From: an uncultured Chloroflexia bacterium
Lineage (GTDB): Bacteria > Chloroflexota > Limnocylindria > Limnocylindrales > CSP1-4
DNA: 64,000 nucleotides
Direction of reading: 5' to 3'
NCBI GenBank assembly: GCA_963720755.1
Contig: CAVRGP010000011.1
Coordinates: 864,001 to 928,000 of the forward strand
A program made the translations under genes and the position numbers. The notes under the pieces were generated by a model. That model saw only the letters and a list, made by a program, of their open reading frames with translations, was not told where the DNA came from and ran no database searches. Shown in pieces: positions 63,397 to 64,000 of this stretch; position 1 is the first letter of the stretch; every line of letters starts with the position of its first letter.

Positions 63397-64000
63397 CGAC
63401 TCGTGAACAGCTCAAGCGGGTGACCCGTGCCGATCGAGGTGATGCAGGCCGCATCACGATCGATGAACCGGGTCCGACACTGCCCGAGCGCCTCTATGCA
63501 GCGCGCGAACGCAAGGGTGTCGACCTGTATCGGGCCGAGCGCGACACCAAGATCCGGGCGCGCTACCTGGGTGCGTTGGAGCGAGGCGATTACAAGGACC
63601 TGCCGGGCGCCGTCTACACCAAGGGGTTCCTCCGCAACTACGCGTTATATCTGGGGCTGGATCCCGATGACGTGCTGCTGCAATGGCGGCGCGAGCGGGG
63701 CGAGGCGAAGGATCAGCCGCCGCCCATCGCCGTCCCGAAGCCGATCGCGGCCCCACGAAAGGGCCTGACGTTCTCGCCAGGTCTCGTCGTGGCGGCGCTC
63801 CTGACCGTCGCCATCGTCGCGTTCGGCGCCTACCTTGGCGTCCAGATCCTGCGCTTCGCCAAGCCGCCGACCATCGCGGTGACCCAGCCGGCGACGGCGG
63901 TCGTCGACGTTCCCGACTCCACGACCCGCTACACCTTGTCTGGCACGACCCAGCCAGGAGCGACCGTCTCCATCCTCACCCCCGGGCATGATCCGTTCCT
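63393..64000 (+). CDS. RodZ-like HTH membrane protein; partial, runs off the window end
   Basis: Manual translation from ATG at 63393: ARERKG..TKIRARYLGALERG..LPGAVYTKGFLRNYALYLGLD, then a TM helix. Confidence 0.88.
   Translation, partial: MTTREQLKRVTRADRGDAGRITIDEPGPTLPERLYAARERKGVDLYRAERDTKIRARYLGALERGDYKDLPGAVYTKGFLRNYALYLGLDPDDVLLQWRRERGEAKDQPPPIAVPKPIAAPRKGLTFSPGLVVAALLTVAIVAFGAYLGVQILRFAKPPTIAVTQPATAVVDVPDSTTRYTLSGTTQPGATVSILTPGHDPF

Overview
High-GC bacterial core-genome segment, most consistent with Chloroflexota (inference from gene order and protein sequence style; possibly Limnocylindria/Ellin6529-like). It holds about 63 tightly packed CDSs, almost all on the + strand. The order is a condensed version of the Firmicutes-like superoperon: ileS-lspA-rluD-gmk-priA-def-fmt-rlmN-rpe-dtd / rpmB / yloU-fakA-recG-rsmD-coaD-sepIVA-like-yceD-rpmF-plsX-nusB-acpP-rnc-smc-ftsY / ffh-rpsP-khpA-rimM-trmD-rplS-rnhB-yraN / rpsB-tsf-pyrH-frr-uppS-cdsA-dxr-rseP-ispG / nusA-ylxR-infB-rbfA-nrnA-truB-ribF-like / rpsO-pnp-asd-udg-rnj-ftsK-rodZ. 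I found no rRNA, tRNA, CRISPR array or clear mobile element. The top observation is an 860-aa PNPase carrying a complete, catalytically intact DnaQ-like DEDDh 3'-5' exonuclease domain inserted in frame between its two RNase PH domains. Other notable points: three genes appear to use non-canonical starts (GTA for ylxR, which the ORF track misses, ATC for the sepIVA-like gene, CTG for rimM); IleRS has the swapped GVHH signature linked to mupirocin hyper-resistance; RNase HII lacks the GRG motif; UDG and RNase HII carry clamp-binding-like motifs; Rpe has an extra C-terminal domain; RibF lacks its kinase domain; and leaderless and bidirectional -10 promoters recur. All annotation was done by eye from motifs and synteny, with no database searches.
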